From the human T2T-CHM13v2.0 reference genome, Homo sapiens: DNA of 64,000 bases. Numbering within the stretch: the stretch's first letter is position 1; every line of letters begins with the position of its first letter. Shown here piece after piece: positions 57,836 through 64,000 of this stretch. Where the stretch lies: the NCBI RefSeq assembly GCF_009914755.1, contig NC_060937.1. One strand, 5' to 3'. The notes below the pieces were generated by a model. That model had not been told where the DNA came from. It saw only the letters and a list, made by a program, of their open reading frames with translations, and searched no databases. Made by a program: the position numbers and the translations under genes.

Positions 57836-59129
57836 GATGAGAATTGAACAATCACATCTGCTGGGAAACCACAGGGCTCATTTTGATCCTTCTTTAACCC
57901 ACAGACCCTCGTGGAGTTGAGAAAGGACGTGGGGGAAGGACCCTGTGGGGGAGTCACACTGCCCAGGGGCCCACATTCAAACCCTTGCCACATTCCGTTC
58001 TAAGCGCATTACACAGGTCATCTAATTTATCCACAACCTACAAAGTTCTACAAGTGATGAAACTGAGTTCAGAGTAAGTAAATAATTGTCCATATTCATT
58101 TATAATTCAAACACAGGCAGTCCAGTTTCAAAGCCCATGCGTTTCTGTTAAATACACTGAAACAGACATCTGAGGGGGACGAAAGTGCTCACTTGCCTGC
58201 ACTCAGGGCAAACTGCACTGTGCAAAGTGGTGGTTCCTATCCCTTAACACTAACTTGAACAGATCCCTGAGCTTTTGGATTCCTTTTAGGGACTAGGGAC
58301 AGTCCAGTCCAGTCTAGATAAAAGCTATCCTCTTGTGCTACCCTCAGGCCCTGCCCATTCTTGTCGCAGTGACCCTCAGATTCAGCTCCATGGAGTCCAG
58401 CATCCATGAACTTGGATGGGGGATAAAGTACATGTTTACTCTCACCAACCTTCTGAAATGTAGCATTTCTTTCAATTATGACTAAAGGCCACAAACCACT
58501 ATAGTATTAACAGTATCTGAGGCATTGTCACCAATAGAAAAAATAGGTATCATATTACAATAATTTCAGGTATTATGAAATATTATTTATACTCAGCAGT
58601 ATTCTAAAATGTGTCTTCTAGACAGTATTATTTAATGTATCAATAAAGAAATATGTATATTACTATGTTGATAATTTTTTAAATATTTTGATAAGTGCAT
58701 TTTAATATAGTTTTCTTTATAATACTACGTATTTTAGCACATGCCTTTTTAAAATAAACATTTTTTTCTAAAAAGATTTCCATAGGCTCTGTTGAATTGC
58801 CACAACATACAGAACAAACAAACAAACAAGAACTCTGGGCTGGAGGGACATGAAGCAGGCATAGCCTTTCTTTGCATCTTTCTCCTTCCTCCTCCTCCCA
58901 TCCTACTCCTCCCGGCTGGGGACCAGGCAGGGGCAAGGGAGAAGGGACCAGCCTTTTACAGCTGAACTGTGGAAGTAAAGGCCCTCCCCACACTGCCCTG
59001 AGCCTTCTGTGGTCCCCAGGCATTCTCGGGGTGAGGGTGAGGGGGTCTGCAGATGAGTTTTCCCCAGGCCCTCCACCCTGGAGAGCCCTCAAACTTCTCT
59101 CTCCATTCTCGCTTCACACCCTGCCCCCC

Positions 59130-59498
59130 TGTGAACCCTGAATATCTGAGAAAGGTATCAGTCAATTTAGGAATTTTACTTTGCCAGAGTTAAGGATGCA
59201 CGCCTGTGACACAGCCTCAGGAGCTCCTGATGGTGTGTGCCCAAGGTGGCTGGGGAGACATAAGACATCAATCAATACATGTAAGATGAATATTGGTTCC
59301 ATCCAGAAAGGGAGGACAACTCGAAGCAGGGAGGGGGCTTCCAGGTCACAGGTAGGTGAGAGACAAATGGTCACACTCTTTTGAGTTTCTGATGAGCCTT
59401 TCCAAAATGGGAGGCAGGTTTGCCCTAAGCAGTTCCCAGCCTGACTTTTCCCATTAGCTTAGTGACTTGGGGGCCCCAAGATTAATTTTCCTTTCACA
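59130..59498 (-). mobile_element. ERV1 solo LTR, MER4A-like
   Basis: TGTGAA...TTCACA termini with a 4-bp TSD CCCC; gagacatcaatcaatacatgtaagatg-like and aggtttgccctaagcagttcccagc motifs. Confidence 0.85.
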
Positions 59499-60999
59499 CC
59501 CCAAAGCATACCTCATAGCTTTCCCCAGAGAAGACTCTTTGTGGAGAGAGCCAGGAGAGCTCAAGCCAAGCTCTCTCCCACAGGCCCCAGACAAAGCTCA
59601 CAGCCCCGGGCCCCCACAAAGCTGTGGGTGTGCCTTGCTCCGCCAGCTCTGAACTGCCCCCTCAGATGGGTGTGGGGGGTGCGAGCAGAATCCAGCCAGG
59701 GCTAGAGACACCCGCAAAGTCTGAGATGTTCCTGTGGCCGTGGGGTGTGGAGACAGGGAACTTGGCAAGGAAGATGTCCCCTCCCAGAGGGGAAAGCACA
59801 GGACCCCTGCAGACTGGAGTCTCCTGCCTCCTCCCCCACTCTCTCCTCCTCTCTTCTTCCAGAGGGGTGCAGCCTGGAGAGAGCTGGGTTGGCTGACAGA
59901 GCTGGGCTCTTTCAGCAGGACAGGAACCCTGCCCCCAACTGCTGGCAGCTCTCTTCAGTATATGCGGCGCTGTGGCCTCTTTTGCTTTAGCTGGGGCTCT
60001 AATTAGGAATTTGGACAATGGGGAAAGTCCCAGCCAATGTGTCCTGTTACCCCAGCAAAGCTGAGAAAACCACCCTCACAGGACTCCCCTGCCGTATTGC
60101 TTCTGAGGGCAATTCCCCTCACCACGTTCGCAACTTCAGTTCCTTAACGTGTTCCAGGAGCACTCACCCTCCATGCAACAAGGTGAGGCTGCCAATCCTT
60201 CCTATACTAGATACATGTGTGGCAGTAGCTGTTAACAGTGACATGGGGGAAGGCACAGGGCGCTAGAGGTTGAATTTCTTTAAGTACCAAGGAGGGCTTC
60301 TTTCTTTAGGAAGAAACCGCCCAACGACAGTAAGGACGCATACAGTGCCACGGATGCTCATTTGTAATTCCTTAAAAATGTGAGTTCTCATTGTATTTTT
60401 ACTGTTATAATTCATATTTGCAAACTCTGGTGAAAGGCTTCATTTAGTATATTTGGAATAATTCTCCATCCACTTTCTTTCCAACACAGTTAGTTACCCG
60501 TTTAAAAAAAAAAAAAAAAATGCATTGACCTGGCCACAGATCCTAATTAGCACCTAGTAACCTGCTTCAGGTTAACCTTGTTAAACACTGAATTAAAAAG
60601 GGCAATGCTGCTATAAATTGCACCTAAGCCATTCTGCAGAGGTGGAACTTCACAATCAGGGGACCCTGGTGCCACCTGCAGTCTGTCCTGGGAACGCGTC
60701 ACAGATAGCAAGCCGTCCACCCACGTACAAATACACACTGTTGCATGGAGTGTCTAGCGAAGACTGCTTCAAAACCAGTCTGCAGAATTTCCTCATTTAC
60801 ATCGGAAAAATGAATATCCCTTAAGGCGGAGCTCCGCCTAGGTACATTTGGTGCGGAACTTGCCCCAAGCAGCAAGTCGTGGGGAAATGTGAAACCAGCA
60901 AGAACTGCCCCCAGGGAAATTGAAGATAAAACACAAAACCGAATTTAAAAAGTCACCTGCTGCTCCATTTCAAACTGGAAGTCTAAAAAAGGCATTTCC

Positions 61000-61480
61000 T
61001 GACGCTGGCGAGTGACTCAGTGTCACCGTGACTCAGCCGCGCCCGGTTGCCCACGAGGCGGGAGGGGGAGGCAGATGCTGCGGGCGGCGCGGGGAGCCGA
61101 GCCCGCGCGCTGCTATTTCGGGCAAGTCTGCGGCGAGCAGGGCCCGCAGTCCACGCGCACTCAGGAAGTACAAATAGGGCGTGCATCAGAGGAAGCGCTC
61201 CCCACGCAGAGGCTGTGGGAAAGTGATTCAGCGCTGCTAGAATCCCCCTCTCCCGCGCCCTTCGCAGCGCAGCCAGGGAGGGAGGGAGCGCGCCAGAGCC
61301 TCCTGCAGGTGCGCGCGGGGCAGGCGGGCGGGCGGGCGGCGCGCGCGCCCAGGGGGCCCAGGTGACCGCCTTCCGCGCGCACACAGCCGGCCAGGGCGCA
61401 CCCGGAAGCCCGTTACCCAAAGGCAAGGCTTGTTCCAGCCTAAAGCAAACTCATCCACACAACGTCGCTAGCGAGTTCCG
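61000..61480. promoter_or_regulatory. CpG island (orphan promoter/enhancer-like)
   Basis: Very high GC and CpG density in non-repeat DNA. Two AP-1 sites TGACTCA (61013, 61029), ETS cores CAGGAAGT/CCGGAAG, TGTGGGAA and GGGCGG boxes. Confidence 0.85.
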
Positions 61481-63024
61481 TTTCCCTGTTTCTGGGAATT
61501 TGTGACTGTCAAAACAAACGTTCAGGTGACCATTGCCCTAAACCGCACTGACGAAAGGGCTAAGGACCAGGGAAGGAGCTGGTATGAAAGGCTGTGAGTT
61601 CACAGGGTGCCACGTGCAGGGTTGGAGAGACCCCAGCCCCATCAGATCTCCTCTCTCCAGAAGCACCCTCCCTCTCCATCCCTCCAGAGGCCGGGGCCAT
61701 GTGTCCACCCATGTGGAGGTGTAAGGAGAGCCAGAGGGAGAGGTTCCCACGTGGACCCAATGGCGAAAAGTCTTGCAGTCAAAATCACTTAGAAACATTC
61801 TGCGCAGAGCTGGCTGAGTGTTGGGTGACCAGGTGATTGATGCTCAGGCGTTAAGGGAACAATGGGCTGTCCTCTGCATGCTTTCAGAGCTGGAGGGGCC
61901 TTGCCACCGGCAGAAGCAGAAAGATCATTTAAGCAGCACCCTGAACAATGAGTGTTTTCAGAAAGTTATCGAACAGGCTTGTGAAATACTTTTCTCTTGA
62001 TGTCTTTAAAAGATATTTTCACTTCTCCCGCGTGATTCAGGGTGGTTTGGAAGTGGGAGAAGAAGGAGGCTTGAGATGTTGAAGTTCACTGCAAAGTCCC
62101 TCCTTCAGGACTCTAATTATTAAATATTTTCTCTATATATACCTTGTCTATCCAAATGATCATGAACCTGGGATGGAGGATAGGATTTATTACCTTGTCT
62201 CCTCCCAAGGGGTCCAGAGAAAGCCATGTGAAATGAGGGGATGATTAATAAACATTAGATTGACTGATGACCTCCACAGTATGTGAAATTGTCTTTTATC
62301 AAAGCAGCAGGGAGACATAGTAGAGTCAGACAGGTATAACTCAAATGATCAGAAGGATAAGGATCAGAAGCTTCTGAGAACACGACTTGAAAACATCTCT
62401 TAAATCTGGAATAACAAAGGTTAAAGAAGATATGAATTATGAAAAGAATGATCTTAACAAAACCTCAGATACTTAAAAATTACTCTAGGGGACACCTTTT
62501 AATATTGCAGAGAGATCATCTTAGGCCCAATAAAACTAAATGCTATTTTTGCATCATGGGAATTGAATATAGGGAATTTGTCATTCAGGTAGAAATGAAG
62601 TTGACCACAAAATTATCCTCAGAATGATTTAGACACACGTGTAAAGGAGAATGCAGAAACAATCCACATTGGTATAAAGTCTCCTGAGGCAGGGGCTATG
62701 CCGTGACATTGCATCCCTGGACCTCACTCGGGGCCTGGATGAAGGAAGAGATGCCGTGTGCACTTCGTCTTGCATATTTCTCATTTAATCTTCCAGGCAA
62801 CACTCAGATGTGGGCAACCTTTATTCCATTTGTAATCCAACCCTCAACCTCACCCTATCTATTGCATAACTCCTTTTTAATTCCTTAACCTGACAAATTA
62901 CAGGTTTCTTCCACAATTATTATTTTTTTTTTTGCACAACACTTCTTAAGGACGACATTATCGATTTCCATTTATCCTGTACCTAACCTAGTACTTGGGA
63001 AATAATAAGCACGCAGAATATGAA

Positions 63025-63190
63025 TGATGAAGAGATGGATCAGTGGATGGATGGATGGATGAACAGATGGATGAATAGATGGATGGATGAACAGATGAAT
63101 GTATGTATGGATGGATGGATGGTGGATGGATGATGGATGGATGGATGGATGGATGGATGAGTAGATGGAAGGAACAGATGGAAGGAAGCA
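63025..63190. repeat. (GGAT/TGGA)n tetranucleotide repeat, imperfect
   Basis: Directly visible. Confidence 0.95.
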
Positions 63191-64000
63191 GAGAATGAGT
63201 AAAAGGATGATAAGTGATACAGCCAAACAGGTTTTCTCTTTTTTTGTAAATCCTTCTCAGTCTATGATTCTGATTTGGAAGAATTACAAGTAAAAATGAC
63301 CTAATTTGTGCAGATCTCTGAGAGGTTTTATATCTTACCCAAGGTCTCAAGTTTGTAAGTGGCAGAGTCAGCATCTGAACTCAGATTTGTCTAGTTTCAT
63401 GAGGACGACAAAATGACTCTTGGGTTCAGATACAGGATGGGTGCACTGAGTCTTAGGCTTTAAGAATTCTGGTGTAAAAGCGATGGTACCCCTAATGAGT
63501 ACAAGCTAATGCATGTAATTTAAAGTCCAGTAAGCTAGAGTGAAAAAGTGCACGGAAAGAGCCAGCATACAGCCATTAAAATCGAAAAGCCCATGAATGA
63601 TGGTTAACTAAATTGGTAGACTATGGTATGTTCAAGCTTTAGAAAAGAGAGTGAAAAGATTTTTTAAATGACCAAAGTTGAACCGTTTCATTCTCTTCCA
63701 TTTATCACCATCATACTTAAAACCATCAAAACAAGTACTCTGTATTGTGGCTGGTGCCAGTCCCAGGTAAAGTTTAGCAGGCCACCCCAGCCTGTCTCTC
63801 CTGCTGAGTGCATGGAGCAGCTATTAGAGGACTCTGTCAGTGAACGGTAGCAGACAGACTGGGGAAGAAAACCAGATTTAGATGTGCCACCAAAGCAGGA
63901 CAATTTTACCATATTTTTTCTCCAGTTCTCCTGCTGTTTAGCCCAGATATGGCTGCAGCCACAGAAATTATGTGCAGAGTAAGTAAAGACACAATTTTAG

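Noticed and set aside
60983-61458. Ala/Arg/Pro-rich ORFs over the CpG island
   Set aside because: Typical by-product of very high GC content, with no ATG-initiated recognisable protein.

Overview
Primate (human-like) genomic DNA with no recognisable protein-coding gene: the only ORFs resembling known proteins are decayed LINE-1 ORF1/ORF2 pieces, and the rest are chance or repeat-derived. The first ~12 kb is an AT-rich nest of L1 elements. The remainder is moderately GC-rich non-coding sequence with nine Alus, many MaLR/ERV solo LTRs, hAT MITEs, MIRs, a full-length 7SL retrocopy, a tail-less U2 snRNA fragment, several tandem repeats and two CpG-rich patches (~38.9-39.1 kb and ~61.0-61.45 kb). 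I found no new gene system. The most unusual structures are: a ~330-bp copy of local DNA pasted into the middle of a TSD-flanked Alu; two twin-primed (5'-inverted) L1s; a 3x109-bp tandem triplication; a CpG-rich MLT1 remnant carrying a strong CTCF motif; an L1 separating a GC-rich VNTR from a second CTCF motif; and compact enhancer-like motif clusters. Repeat subfamily names are recognised by eye and need RepeatMasker/Dfam confirmation. The chromosomal locus cannot be established from the sequence alone.
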